Positions 30,868 through 41,370 of a stretch of 64,000 nucleotides of DNA are shown piece after piece. The stretch's first letter is position 1, and every line of letters starts with the position of its first letter. The notes below the pieces were generated by a model. That model was not told the DNA's origin, did no database searches, and was given only the letters and a program-made list of their open reading frames with translations. This DNA comes from Candidatus Cloacimonadales bacterium (GTDB taxonomy: Bacteria; Cloacimonadota; Cloacimonadia; Cloacimonadales; JAIOQZ01), in contig OY771587.1 in assembly GCA_963674825.1 (NCBI GenBank), forward strand, positions 1,856,001-1,920,000. Direction: 5' to 3'. A program made the position numbers and the translations under genes.

Positions 30868-32415
30868 TCAATGCCTGAAATGACGAGTGCCGGTCATGAT
30901 CATCGTGATACCGTATTCGTCGCACGCGTCGATGACCTCTTGGTCACCTTTCGACCCGCCAGGTTGGATCACTGCTTTGATGCCGAGTTCGTGGATGCTG
31001 TCGATGCTATCGCGGAAAGGAAAGAATCCATCGGAACCGCATACCGATCCGTCGAGCGACAGCCCGAATTTCTCTGCCTTGCGGATGGCGATCTCGGTGG
31101 AATCAATACGGCTGGTCTGGCCAATCCCGAGTCCGATAGAGCGATCATCAAGCGTGAAGCAAACGGCATTCGATTTGAGTAAAGCGACCGTCTTCCAGGC
31201 AAATCGCAGAGCCTTCATCTCGGTCTCGTTGGGCTGGCGTTTGGTGACGATTTTCCATTGCGATTCGTCGTCGGGCAGAATGTCTTTCGTCTGGTACAGA
31301 ACGCCGTTCATGCAGCTTACAACCTGGTTAGGCTCGCTGTAGAGCTTCGAGATATCATAGCGGATCAACCGCCGGTTTTTCTTCTTTTTGAGCCGTTCGA
31401 GGGCTTCATTGGTGAAATCGGGTGCGAGGATGATTTCGGTGAACACCTCGTTGATCTTGAGCGCGCCTTCGAGCCCGAGTGTGTCATTGACGATCACGAT
31501 TCCGCCAAAAGGTGATTGCGTATCGGTGGAGAAAGCTTTTTCGTACGCTTCCGCGATGGTTGCAGCGCTGCCGATACCGCATGGATTGGTGTGTTTGAAG
31601 ATGCCGACCGTCTTCAAGTTATCTTCTTCGAGCGGAAATTTTCGGATCATACGTAGCGCGGCATCGATATCGATGTAGTTATTGTATGAAAGTTGCTGGC
31701 CATGAAGTTGCTCGATCGCTGAAAGGTCAGGATCTTCGTAAAGTGCTGCTTTCTGATGCGGGTTCTCGCCGTAGCGGAGGATTTCCTTGAGATGCGCCGT
31801 GGTTTGCAGCGTATCCGGTTGCTCAATGCCATCGATGCGATTGAAATAGCCGCTGATCATGGTATCGTAGCGTGCGGTGTGCGCATAGGCTTTCCCGGCC
31901 AGTTTCTGGCGAGCAGCAAGAGCCTGGTCTTCCGGCAGGTCGAGAATCTCAAGTGCTGTAGGATAGTCGTCGGGGTCGACGACTACAGTGATAAAACGGT
32001 AGTTCTTCGCAGCTGATCGGATCATGGTTGGACCACCGATATCAATATTCTCGATCATTTCTTCATGGGATGCGCCGGGTGTCTTGAGCGTCTTTTCGAA
32101 TGGGTAGAGGTTGACCACTACCATATCGATCCACTGGATGCCCAGCTCATCCGCTTTGGCGGTATGCTGATCGTTGTCGCGCAAACCGAGGATCGCGCCG
32201 TGGATCATCGGATGCAGCGTCTTGACTCGCCCGTCCATGATTTCGGGAAATCCCGTGATATCCGAGACGTTCGTAACCGGAATATCTGCTTCTCGCAGTG
32301 CGCGAGACGTTCCGCCGGTGGAAAGGATTTCATAGCCTTTTTGGTGGATCGCTGTCGCGAACGGAATAAGCTCCCGCTTATCCGATACGCTGATGAGAAC
32401 TCGTTTACCTGTCAT
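30868..32415 (-). CDS. purH: Bifunctional AICAR transformylase/IMP cyclohydrolase
   Basis: Motifs ISVSDK, GRVKTLHP, ENIDIGG, LRYGENPHQ, KHTNPCG, SDGFFPF and RHFRH. Confidence 0.97.
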   Translation of the reverse strand: MTGKRVLISVSDKRELIPFATAIHQKGYEILSTGGTSRALREADIPVTNVSDITGFPEIMDGRVKTLHPMIHGAILGLRDNDQHTAKADELGIQWIDMVVVNLYPFEKTLKTPGASHEEMIENIDIGGPTMIRSAAKNYRFITVVVDPDDYPTALEILDLPEDQALAARQKLAGKAYAHTARYDTMISGYFNRIDGIEQPDTLQTTAHLKEILRYGENPHQKAALYEDPDLSAIEQLHGQQLSYNNYIDIDAALRMIRKFPLEEDNLKTVGIFKHTNPCGIGSAATIAEAYEKAFSTDTQSPFGGIVIVNDTLGLEGALKINEVFTEIILAPDFTNEALERLKKKKNRRLIRYDISKLYSEPNQVVSCMNGVLYQTKDILPDDESQWKIVTKRQPNETEMKALRFAWKTVALLKSNAVCFTLDDRSIGLGIGQTSRIDSTEIAIRKAEKFGLSLDGSVCGSDGFFPFRDSIDSIHELGIKAVIQPGGSKGDQEVIDACDEYGITMIMTGTRHFRH

Positions 32416-33521
32416 AACATCTCCGTTTTCTTGACGACTTCGAAACCGGTCATCTTGTCCTGATCGATTCCCTTGTATATTTTCTTCAGCGCTTCGGCTG
32501 CTTTACGGTCAAATTGCACATCGGCATGCTTCATGATCTCAGAGATTGCCGTTTCCGCCGAGAGTGCTTTACGATATGGGCGGTCCGATGTAATGGCGTC
32601 GTAAGTATCGGCCACGGCCACGATGCGCGCCAGAAATGATATCTGGTCACCGGCGAGCCGGTTTGGATAGCCATTGCCATCGATACGTTCATGATGCTGG
32701 CCCACGATGTTGAAGACCTCCTCTTCGAGGTCGATCGGCCGGATGATCTTCACGCCGATGGTGGGATGTTCCTTCATTTCCTCATACTCGAGCGGGTCGA
32801 GCTTACGCGGAGCGCGCAGGATACGATGAGAGATACCGAGCTTGCCGATATCGTGCAGCACCGAGCCCAGGCGCAGAACCTTGAGTGTCTCGCTGTCGAG
32901 GTTCATCTGTTGCCCGATCATCATGCTGATGGCTGTGACACGCTCGGAGTGACCGCGCGTGTATTCGTCGCTGGCTTCCAGCGCGTTGATCATCGCCAGA
33001 ATCGTTCCGAGAAGGTTCTCTTCGAGCTTTTGATTGGCAACCACCAGCTCTTTGGTCTTCTCGATGACCCTTTCTTCGAGAATATCGTAGTATTGCTCGA
33101 TCTGAAGCTGTAAATCGCGCTTTTCCACGGCTTTGTCCACCGTGATAAGCAGCTCGTTCATGCTGAAGGGTTTCTTGAGGTAATCATATGCACCCAGCCG
33201 GAACGACTTCATCAGGTTGTTCAGATCGGCAAAACCTGTAATCATGATAACGGGGAGCTTCTTGTCGTACTGTTTGATCAGCTTCAGGAGGGTGAGGCCG
33301 TCCATGTGAGGCATCTGGATATCGGTGACAACAGTATCGATATCGAGCTTTTCGACCAGCTCTTTCAGCTTGGTGGGATTGGAAACAGCGGTTACTTTGT
33401 AGCCGTTGTCCTCCAGCGTTTCTTGCATGATTTCGAGGATTGTTTCCTCGTCGTCCACTAGCAGAATATGCTTCTTCTTCTTGCCGATCTGTTCCAGCAT
33501 GTTCAGTGATTGACTATTCAT
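32412..33521 (-). CDS. Response regulator with HD-GYP phosphodiesterase domain
   Basis: Receiver LVDD...TDIQMP...KPF; output HSERV, LHDIGK, HHERIDGNGYP and DRPYR. Confidence 0.92.
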   Translation of the reverse strand: MNSQSLNMLEQIGKKKKHILLVDDEETILEIMQETLEDNGYKVTAVSNPTKLKELVEKLDIDTVVTDIQMPHMDGLTLLKLIKQYDKKLPVIMITGFADLNNLMKSFRLGAYDYLKKPFSMNELLITVDKAVEKRDLQLQIEQYYDILEERVIEKTKELVVANQKLEENLLGTILAMINALEASDEYTRGHSERVTAISMMIGQQMNLDSETLKVLRLGSVLHDIGKLGISHRILRAPRKLDPLEYEEMKEHPTIGVKIIRPIDLEEEVFNIVGQHHERIDGNGYPNRLAGDQISFLARIVAVADTYDAITSDRPYRKALSAETAISEIMKHADVQFDRKAAEALKKIYKGIDQDKMTGFEVVKKTEML

Positions 33522-34746
33522 AGCGCAATGCCTTTACCGGGTCGAGATTACTTGCGTTGACCGCCGGATAGATTCCGAAAATGAGTCCCACGCTTATGGA
33601 AATGATGGTAGCCGTAATGATCAGATTGACGTCTATGACCACTTCCATGTTGATGAAAGCAGCCACCTTATCTAGGATCGAGATTCCCAGCACAACCCCG
33701 AAGATGCCTCCAAAAAACGTGGTAAGGACTGTCTGCACCAGAAATTGAATAAATATATCGAACCGCCGGGCGCCTGTCGCCATGCGGATACCAATTTCAC
33801 GCGTACGTTCCTGGATTGTCGCCAACATGATGTTGGTGATGACAATACCTCCTACGAGCAGCGAAATACCGCTGATAATGAAAAAGATCGCTTTGAAAAT
33901 GATCGTGTCCTGCATACTTCGTTCGATCTCTTCCTTGGTCGATTCGACCACAAAAATCGGGTGGCCGTGACGCAGATTCAGCAGGATCGCTTCGAGCTTT
34001 TCTTTGAGCGGTATCACTTCCGAGACGTAGCGTACTTTTACGTCGAATGTCTGGATTCGCTCATCGTTGGATATCTTCTTAAGCACTGTGCTAAGCGGTA
34101 CGAAGCAGTAGCTATTGAGGTATTCCAGTGCGTTATCATCGCCGATCTCACTGCGCGCTTTCATGTAGCGGCGCTTCATCACACCGATTACCTGAAATTT
34201 TCGGTCCATAACGTAGATGTACTTTCCGATCGGATCTTCATTTCCAAAGAGCTTTGTCTTGGCTGTCGAACCAATAACTATGACATCGTTGTAGGCATCG
34301 AGATCGAAATCGCTGATAAAACGGCCTTTGGAAACACTCCATTCCTCGATATTGGCGAAATCGGGGAAGACACCGACGGTTTGCGGCCAGTATTCATTTC
34401 CGTTGTAATAAGCACGATGCGAGGTCCATTGATTGGACGATGGATTAAAGTATTCCACTTCGGGAATCAGCGACTGAATGAGCCGTAGCTCTTTGAAATC
34501 GAAGTGCCGACGTTCGTGATGCGGCTTGGAATATTCCCCATTGCGATGCACTGAAAGCTTGGTTGCTCCACCGCGTTCCTGAAGCCATTGTTCGGTGGTT
34601 TTATTGACGCCTTTAATCAGGGAGAGCACCACGATGATGGACATCGTTCCCAGTGCGATTCCCAAAACAGTTACGATGGTTCGTACTTTGCGACTCCACA
34701 GGTCGGATAGCCCGACAATCACGCTTTCTTTAAGCGATATCGCCAT
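33514..34746 (-). CDS. MacB/FtsX-family ABC transporter permease
   Basis: Motifs LGIALG, GGIVITNIML, ERTREIGIR and GIYPA...LDPVKALRYE. Confidence 0.9.
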   Translation of the reverse strand: MAISLKESVIVGLSDLWSRKVRTIVTVLGIALGTMSIIVVLSLIKGVNKTTEQWLQERGGATKLSVHRNGEYSKPHHERRHFDFKELRLIQSLIPEVEYFNPSSNQWTSHRAYYNGNEYWPQTVGVFPDFANIEEWSVSKGRFISDFDLDAYNDVIVIGSTAKTKLFGNEDPIGKYIYVMDRKFQVIGVMKRRYMKARSEIGDDNALEYLNSYCFVPLSTVLKKISNDERIQTFDVKVRYVSEVIPLKEKLEAILLNLRHGHPIFVVESTKEEIERSMQDTIIFKAIFFIISGISLLVGGIVITNIMLATIQERTREIGIRMATGARRFDIFIQFLVQTVLTTFFGGIFGVVLGISILDKVAAFINMEVVIDVNLIITATIISISVGLIFGIYPAVNASNLDPVKALRYE

Positions 34747-35416
34747 CGGTGATTTTCCCGTCGATGATATGGATGATCCGGTTTGCCTTGCCGGCTACGC
34801 GCGGATCGTGTGTTACCATGATGACCGTGTTTCCTTTGTCATGCAATTCGGAGAAGATGTTCAAGATATCGGAGCCGGAATTGGTATCGAGGTTACCGGT
34901 AGGCTCGTCGGCGAGGATGATCGCCGGTTCGTTCACGATCGCTCTGGCGATGGCTACGCGTTGTCTTTGTCCACCGGAAAGCTCGGATGGTTTGTGCCGG
35001 AGGCGATCGCCAAGCCCGACCTGCTCCAGAATGTATGTAGCCCGTTCTTTTCGCTTCGCAGGGGATATTCCACTGTACATCAGTGGGAGCTCGACATTTT
35101 TTAGGATGTTGAGATGCGGTAACAGATTGAACGTCTGAAAGACAAAGCCGATTTTCTGATTGCGTACCGCGGCAAGTTGCCGTTTCTTGAGCTTGCTAAC
35201 TTTGTGGTCTTCCAGAATATAATCGCCACCGGAGGGAGTATCGAGGCAGCCCAGAATATGCATCAGCGTCGATTTGCCGGAGCCGGATGGCCCCATAATG
35301 GCTAAAAATTCACCGCGGTAAATCTCGATATCGACATTGTCCAGCGCGGTAACTTTGTGTTTGCCCATGTCATACACTTTATCCAGATTAACAGTCTTGA
35401 TGACAACATCCTGCAT
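34730..35416 (-). CDS. MacB/LolD-type ABC transporter ATP-binding protein
   Basis: Motifs GPSGSGKST, LSGGQRQR and LADEPTGNLD. Confidence 0.93.
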   Translation of the reverse strand: MQDVVIKTVNLDKVYDMGKHKVTALDNVDIEIYRGEFLAIMGPSGSGKSTLMHILGCLDTPSGGDYILEDHKVSKLKKRQLAAVRNQKIGFVFQTFNLLPHLNILKNVELPLMYSGISPAKRKERATYILEQVGLGDRLRHKPSELSGGQRQRVAIARAIVNEPAIILADEPTGNLDTNSGSDILNIFSELHDKGNTVIMVTHDPRVAGKANRIIHIIDGKITDGDIA

Positions 35417-35461
35417 CGTTTACCTTCCAATTCCGATTCATTCGGCGGCAAAATTCCACAT

Positions 35462-36442
35462 TTATAGCTGCTTGGCAATCTTTTCTTTTTCTAATCCCTG
35501 CATGTCGGTGAAGCGCAGGGTGATATTCATGGTTTCAGGAGCCAGATTCTTGATGATGGACGCGCTTGCGCGATTCGGAAGTGTGATGCGCACCACGGCG
35601 TCAGATGGCAGTTTTTCGAGGTCGTTCCGAAGTCGCGATTCGATGTTTATGTTATCATCGTAGTGCAGAACGATCATCGGCCTTGCGGGGAGCTCCACGA
35701 AGCTATGCGTCAGCCTGCCATCCTGCCAGGCGAAATCGAAATAGCCCTTCTCCTCGAAACGCTCGATGAACGACGTTCGCTCCAGCGATCCCGGGTAGTA
35801 TACCGGTGTTTGCCCGTGTAATATCTGCCATTTGTGGATATGTCCGGCCAGTGCTGCATCGAATTCGTGCGGGATGTCGTGTATATTCACCACATCGTCA
35901 CGGCCAAAGAAGGTGAAATTCTCGATGCGCGATCCATCCACAGCCTGATGCATGCATAGCAGACGCAGATCGGCATCGTAATTCAGCCAGCCGGTGTTTC
36001 GCACAAGATCCGGGAAATTCGTGCGGACGTGATCACGGTCGTTTGGGAAGCCGCTAATCAGGATGTTTGTCCCGCGAACATTCAGCAGGAAGCTCTGCGG
36101 TTCTTCGAAAATGAACACGCGCTCGTGCAGCGCGAAAAGCCCGTGCGGGATATTCGAACGCTCGTGGTTTCCAGGGACGATGTAGACGGGTATCCCGGCG
36201 TCGGCAACGCGAAAGAGCTTTTGGAACACCATCCAGACCAGCTGCTCAGGGATCTTGCTTCGGTAAAAGAGGTCGCCGCCGTGGATGAGGAAATCCACCT
36301 TCTCGTCGATGGCTTTTTCGAGCACAAGGTCGAAATTGCGGAAGAAGTCATCGCCTCTCCGTCGCCGCTGGGTACGTGGCCGAAACGGGTAATCGAACCC
36401 CAGATGGGAATCCGAGAAGAAGAGAAATCGTATCGCGTTCAT
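35462..36442 (-). CDS. SbcD/Mre11-like metallophosphoesterase nuclease
   Basis: Motifs DSHLG, GDLF, GNHE, GHIH and YPGSLER. Confidence 0.82.
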   Translation of the reverse strand: MNAIRFLFFSDSHLGFDYPFRPRTQRRRRGDDFFRNFDLVLEKAIDEKVDFLIHGGDLFYRSKIPEQLVWMVFQKLFRVADAGIPVYIVPGNHERSNIPHGLFALHERVFIFEEPQSFLLNVRGTNILISGFPNDRDHVRTNFPDLVRNTGWLNYDADLRLLCMHQAVDGSRIENFTFFGRDDVVNIHDIPHEFDAALAGHIHKWQILHGQTPVYYPGSLERTSFIERFEEKGYFDFAWQDGRLTHSFVELPARPMIVLHYDDNINIESRLRNDLEKLPSDAVVRITLPNRASASIIKNLAPETMNITLRFTDMQGLEKEKIAKQL

Positions 36443-36593
36443 CTGCCCATCTCGCAGGAGCGTACGGCGATTGTCAATGGATTCGTGGGAACTGTTTGAT
36501 TCGCCTGCTCGTTCAGCAGAAGAAATATCTTGCCAGAATCTAATATTAAGTGGAAATTATTAATAGAACACTTTTCCGTGCAAGGAGGGAGCA

Positions 36594-38441
36594 ATGAGAC
36601 GCGTAGTAATGATGGTACTGCTGGCGCTTGTCGTTACGACAACGCTGCTGGCGAAAGGCACCGGCTCAATCATGGGTAGTGTAAAGGATGAAGAAGGCAA
36701 TGTAGTAACTTATGCGAATGTCTTTCTGAAAGGTACTACCATTGGCAAGAACACGGATGATAAGGGTGAATATATCATCAATGAAGTTCCTGCTGGAGAA
36801 TATGACGTCGTATGCCAGCGAGCAGGATATTCTCCTGTAAGCATAAAGGCTGTCGTTCGAGAAAATGAAATCACAACGGTCAATTTCGTCCTTAAAAGGA
36901 GTTCCGCTTCATTAGATGGTCTTGACGTTGTGTCACGAAAAGAAGCTCTAAAGATATCCGGTTCCGGCTTGAGAACCACCGCGCAGTTTGTCCCGTATTC
37001 GAATGCTCCAATGGCTGAGTTCAACACCGAGGACTACCAGGGATTGACCTTCAACGGATACCGGGATGTCGCGGCCAATCCGCTTTCGACCTTTTCCATC
37101 GACGTCGATACCGCAACCTACAGCAACATCCGTCGTCTGCTCAATGAGAGCCAGTTTCCGCAACCAGACTACGTGCGCATCGAAGAGCTGATAAACTATT
37201 TCACCTATGACTACCCGCAGCCCAAGGGTGATGCTCCGCTGGAGATCGTGGTGGAATCCGGAATCTGTCCGTGGAACGAAGATCATTTACTTGCGCATAT
37301 AGGATTGCAGGCAAAAAAGATAGACCTTGAAAAAGCTCCCGCTTCGAATCTGGTTTTCCTGCTGGATGTCTCTGGCTCGATGGCCCAGCCCAACAAACTT
37401 CCTTTGGTTATCCGCTCCATGCGCATGCTGATAGACAAAATGCGTCCTGAAGATCGGATCGCTATCGTTGTTTACGCGGGTGCGGCAGGCGAGGTGTTGC
37501 CATCCACATCCGGTAATCAGAAAGAAAAGATACTCGATGCGCTCGAATCGCTGCAAGCTGGTGGCAGCACCGCCGGTGGGGAAGGAATCCGCCTGGCATA
37601 CAAAATCGCGAAAGATAATTTCAATCCCAAAGGCAACAACCGCATCATTCTGTGTACCGACGGCGATTTCAACGTCGGAGAATCCAGCGATGCCGCCATG
37701 CAGGATCTGATCGAAGAGAAGCGCAAGGAAGGCGTTTTCCTGACAGTACTCGGCTTCGGCGAGGGCAATATCAAGGACAACAAGATGGAGCTTCTCGCGG
37801 ATAAAGGAAACGGCAACTACGCCTATATCGACGACATTCTGGAAGCGAAGAAGGTGCTAGTCAAGGAGATGGGCGGAACCCTGTTCACCGTCGCAAAAGA
37901 CGTGAAGCTGCAAATTGAGTTCAATCCAGCGAAGGTCAAAGCCTACCGGCTTATCGGTTATGAAAACCGGCTGCTCAACAACGAGGATTTCAAGGACGAT
38001 ACAAAAGATGCGGGTGAGATGGGAGCCGGTCATACCGTGACAGCTCTCTACGAGATTATTCCGGCTGATTCGGACGAAGAAATTCCCGGCGTGGATCCGC
38101 TAAAATATCAGAAGACCAGATTGACCGATAAAGCCGAGTCCAACGAGCTTCTCACGGTTAAATTCCGCTACAAGAAACCGGATAGCGATACCAGCGTAGA
38201 GCTCCAGAGTGTGCTCAAGGAAAAGAAAACGAAGGTTGCGAAAACATCCGACAATTTCCGCTTTTCCGCAGCAGTAGCCGCGTTTGGAATGCTCCTGCGC
38301 AAGTCAGATTATATCGGCGATTATACATGGCAAAAAGTCATCGACCTTGCGAAATCAGCAAAGGGAAAGGACGACGAAGGGTACCGCGCCGAGTTTATTC
38401 AGCTGGTGGAAAAAGCGGAGCTGGTTGATCCCGGAAAGTAG
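36594..38441 (+). CDS. YfbK-like VWA-domain exported protein with N-terminal carboxypeptidase-regulatory-like domain
   Basis: Signal peptide; STFSIDVDTA; DVSGS MIDAS; TDGDFNVG; YRLIGYENR. Confidence 0.88.
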   Translation: MRRVVMMVLLALVVTTTLLAKGTGSIMGSVKDEEGNVVTYANVFLKGTTIGKNTDDKGEYIINEVPAGEYDVVCQRAGYSPVSIKAVVRENEITTVNFVLKRSSASLDGLDVVSRKEALKISGSGLRTTAQFVPYSNAPMAEFNTEDYQGLTFNGYRDVAANPLSTFSIDVDTATYSNIRRLLNESQFPQPDYVRIEELINYFTYDYPQPKGDAPLEIVVESGICPWNEDHLLAHIGLQAKKIDLEKAPASNLVFLLDVSGSMAQPNKLPLVIRSMRMLIDKMRPEDRIAIVVYAGAAGEVLPSTSGNQKEKILDALESLQAGGSTAGGEGIRLAYKIAKDNFNPKGNNRIILCTDGDFNVGESSDAAMQDLIEEKRKEGVFLTVLGFGEGNIKDNKMELLADKGNGNYAYIDDILEAKKVLVKEMGGTLFTVAKDVKLQIEFNPAKVKAYRLIGYENRLLNNEDFKDDTKDAGEMGAGHTVTALYEIIPADSDEEIPGVDPLKYQKTRLTDKAESNELLTVKFRYKKPDSDTSVELQSVLKEKKTKVAKTSDNFRFSAAVAAFGMLLRKSDYIGDYTWQKVIDLAKSAKGKDDEGYRAEFIQLVEKAELVDPGK

Positions 38442-38443
38442 GG

Positions 38444-39181
38444 CTATCTTCCTTCCACGTGTAGGATTCGCGTGGAGCGTTTGAGCGTACGCAACACGAT
38501 ATAGATCAGCACGCACACACCCACTGCAATCAGCCAACTGATGGACAGGCGAACCTTGTGTGTGTGAATCAGCGTGTAAACGACTCGCACGAACGCGAAA
38601 GATACGGCAAGCCCGAGCAGGCCAGAATATTCTCTTTTCAGTACGTTACGAAGCGAGAATTCGAGATCGGATTTTCGCTTCGATCTGAATTTGGGGATAA
38701 AAACCGGGGTGGTTTGTGACCATACCTCATAAGCTTTGCCGAATTTCTTCGCCAGAAATTCCTCTTCTGCCAGCATGATGCGTTCGTAATAGAGTGCGTA
38801 TAGGACGCAGAAAAAGACGATGAACCAGATGTGCTCCGTGTAGAGAATAACGCCCAGCCACATCAGGAAGTTGCCAAGGTAGAGCGGATGACGAACCATC
38901 GAATAAATACCGGTGGTGTTGAGTGTATCGGCGATTTGTGAACGCGTATTGCGGCCGGATGTCCGTTTGGGTACCTGGCCTATCGTGATGATTCTGACCC
39001 AAAGTCCGATAACGGATATAAGGATGCAGAAGCCATTGTATATCTTTTGAATTGTCGGGTAATCATCAAGCGGCATCTTCTGTATTAAAGCCAATACGAC
39101 GAAGATTGCCAGCAGCAGCGGAAGATAGCTGCGATGGCGGAACAACCAGTTCCCTTGAACGTGCAAATCTTGTGATAACAT
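38444..39181 (-). CDS. ICMT/PEMT-family membrane methyltransferase (LmtA-like)
   Basis: Motifs GNWLFRHRSYLP, TSGRNT, GIYSMVRHPLYLGN and EEEFL. Start placed at ATG 39181. Confidence 0.78.
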   Translation of the reverse strand: MLSQDLHVQGNWLFRHRSYLPLLLAIFVVLALIQKMPLDDYPTIQKIYNGFCILISVIGLWVRIITIGQVPKRTSGRNTRSQIADTLNTTGIYSMVRHPLYLGNFLMWLGVILYTEHIWFIVFFCVLYALYYERIMLAEEEFLAKKFGKAYEVWSQTTPVFIPKFRSKRKSDLEFSLRNVLKREYSGLLGLAVSFAFVRVVYTLIHTHKVRLSISWLIAVGVCVLIYIVLRTLKRSTRILHVEGR

Positions 39182-39429
39182 TTTCAACCCTCTTTTTCTG
39201 GAACGATATAGTGAACAAATTTCATATGTTGTTTCTTTTTTTGAATGCACAATAAATGCAAGGATTTTCTCGAACCGGTTCAATTCGAGACCATGAAATC
39301 TGTTTAATTAGATTGTGTATTTATAATTATAAAAGTGAGTTGGGTTATCACATACTGTGGAGGGAGGGGCTCGGAAATTATTCGCATTTTTTATTGGATA
39401 CAGGAGCGACTTGCTTACTCGCGGTTAAA

Positions 39430-40308
39430 TCACGGGTTAAGATTTATCAGCCATAAAAGTGCTGCCGGGAAACGCCTTGCCCAGGCTGCTTCATTATGCT
39501 GCGCACCACCGTCTATGACGAGACGGCAGTCCATCACGCCTTTTTGTCTCAGGATCATGCGAATCTGCGTAGCATCGCTAACGTAAGACTTGCCTTCCAG
39601 GGTACCGGAATCGATATAGATACGGAAATCGTGATCGATCGAAACCGTGTCGAGGAAATCGAGCAGCGGCTGCTTGGCATACCAGAAAGCCGGTGAGAAT
39701 AGGCCGAGTTTTGAATAGACTTCGGGGTATTTCATGCCGGCATATAGCGAGATCAGTCCACCCATGGAGCTTCCGGCGATCATGGTGTTGTCGCGGTCAG
39801 GCAGGGTTCGGTAGTGCTGATCGACCCAAGGTTTGAGCGTCTTGACCAGGAAATCGACGTACTGAGCACCTTCGCCGCCATCACCGCGATCGTTATTCCT
39901 CCATGGAGAATATTCATCTATACGTAGCGACTGACCGTTGTCGATACCGACCACAATCGCGCCGTCCCATTTTCCTTCACGCACCAGGCCATTGATGGTC
40001 TCGTCTATCTTCCACTCGCCGACATAGGATGTGTATTCATCGAAGAGATTCTGCCCATCGTGCATGTAGATTACCGGGTAGTGGTTATCCGAATTGCGAT
40101 AACCTTCCGGTAGAAAGATTCGGAGCGTGCGACTCCGGCCCAGTTCCGGCATCTCGAAATCGTCGATGATCTCGACTTCTCCGTCGATGGTGTTTGGCTC
40201 CGACTGTTCCATTTGCGCTCTCCAGTTCTGGTATTTCTGATCCTCTCCGTCTGTTGCCTGTACGCAGATCGCGAAGAGAAGCAGCAGGATCGAAAAAATC
40301 TTCGGCAT
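39430..40308 (-). CDS. Exported alpha/beta-hydrolase esterase
   Basis: Signal peptide; motifs MHDGQNLF, GSSMGG and HNEAAW. Confidence 0.85.
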   Translation of the reverse strand: MPKIFSILLLLFAICVQATDGEDQKYQNWRAQMEQSEPNTIDGEVEIIDDFEMPELGRSRTLRIFLPEGYRNSDNHYPVIYMHDGQNLFDEYTSYVGEWKIDETINGLVREGKWDGAIVVGIDNGQSLRIDEYSPWRNNDRGDGGEGAQYVDFLVKTLKPWVDQHYRTLPDRDNTMIAGSSMGGLISLYAGMKYPEVYSKLGLFSPAFWYAKQPLLDFLDTVSIDHDFRIYIDSGTLEGKSYVSDATQIRMILRQKGVMDCRLVIDGGAQHNEAAWARRFPAALLWLINLNP

Positions 40309-40428
40309 GGATTCCTCCTGCATCGATTTAGAGGCTGATGCTCATTTTGTCCACAAAATTGTAAAACCGCCCTTGACAAAACATCCCGCGTCCAGAGCAT
40401 CAAATCAAATCGAACTCGAGGATGGTAT

Positions 40429-41322
40429 ATGGCCAGGATAACACAGACCCTTTCTGATGAAGTCATCGCGCGGCTGGACCGCTTCAATCTGCGTGCTCGT
40501 CACATCGTGGAAGGCTTCATGATCGGTCTGCACAAGTCACCCTATCACGGCTTCAGCGTGGAATTTTCCGATCACCGGCAATATAATCCCGGCGACACCA
40601 TCCGCAATATCGATTGGAAGGTATTCGCCAAGACCGAACGCTACTACATCAAGCGTTACGAAGAAGAGACCAACCTCAAATCGTGGATCATCCTCGACCA
40701 CAGTAAATCGATGGGCTATACATCGGGAACGATAACCAAACTCGACTATGCCAAAACACTTGCTTCCGCGCTTTCATACCTGATGGTGTCGCAGCAGGAT
40801 GCCGTCGGCCTGCTGACTTTCTCCGATAAGATCGATGGTTATATTCCGCCGCGCGCCATGCGCAGCTATCTGGATATCATATTCAAAGAGCTTATTGAAA
40901 CCCGGCCAGACAGTGGAACCAACACCATTCAGACGCTGCACAGCCTTGCCGAACGCATCAAGAAGCGCAGTCTGATCATCCTCATCTCCGATCTACTGGA
41001 CGACCCGGACAACATCCTGCAAGGGTTACGTCACTTCCGGCACCAGAAGCACGAAGTGATTCTCTTCCACATACTGGATAAGCAGGAGCAGGAGTTCGAT
41101 TTCAAGAAGGAAACGCAGTTTGTCGATGCGGAGACCGGCGAAAAGATCACCGTGTTTCCCTGGCAGATTCGCAAGGATTACCTGGAGCAATTCCACGGCG
41201 CGGCCGACTACCTAAAGCAGAAATGCCACGAATACCGCGTGGAATACAATCCCATTACCACCGATACGCCCTTCGAACAGAACCTGATGAACTACCTGAT
41301 CAAACGCAGCCGCCTGCATTGA
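40429..41322 (+). CDS. DUF58 family protein (MoxR-associated, VWA-like)
   Basis: Motifs GLHKSP.HGFSVEFSDHRQY.PGD, IDWK, EEETN, DHSKSM and ISD. Confidence 0.9.
   Translation: MARITQTLSDEVIARLDRFNLRARHIVEGFMIGLHKSPYHGFSVEFSDHRQYNPGDTIRNIDWKVFAKTERYYIKRYEEETNLKSWIILDHSKSMGYTSGTITKLDYAKTLASALSYLMVSQQDAVGLLTFSDKIDGYIPPRAMRSYLDIIFKELIETRPDSGTNTIQTLHSLAERIKKRSLIILISDLLDDPDNILQGLRHFRHQKHEVILFHILDKQEQEFDFKKETQFVDAETGEKITVFPWQIRKDYLEQFHGAADYLKQKCHEYRVEYNPITTDTPFEQNLMNYLIKRSRLH
41111..41322 (+). repeat. Direct repeat copy 1: last 212 bp of the DUF58 gene
   Basis: Aligns without gaps to 44304-44515 with 14 mismatches (counted by hand). Confidence 0.95.
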
Positions 41323-41370
41323 AATTATTTCTTAATAACGTCTACGTTAACAACCATAATGCTAGCTTCA

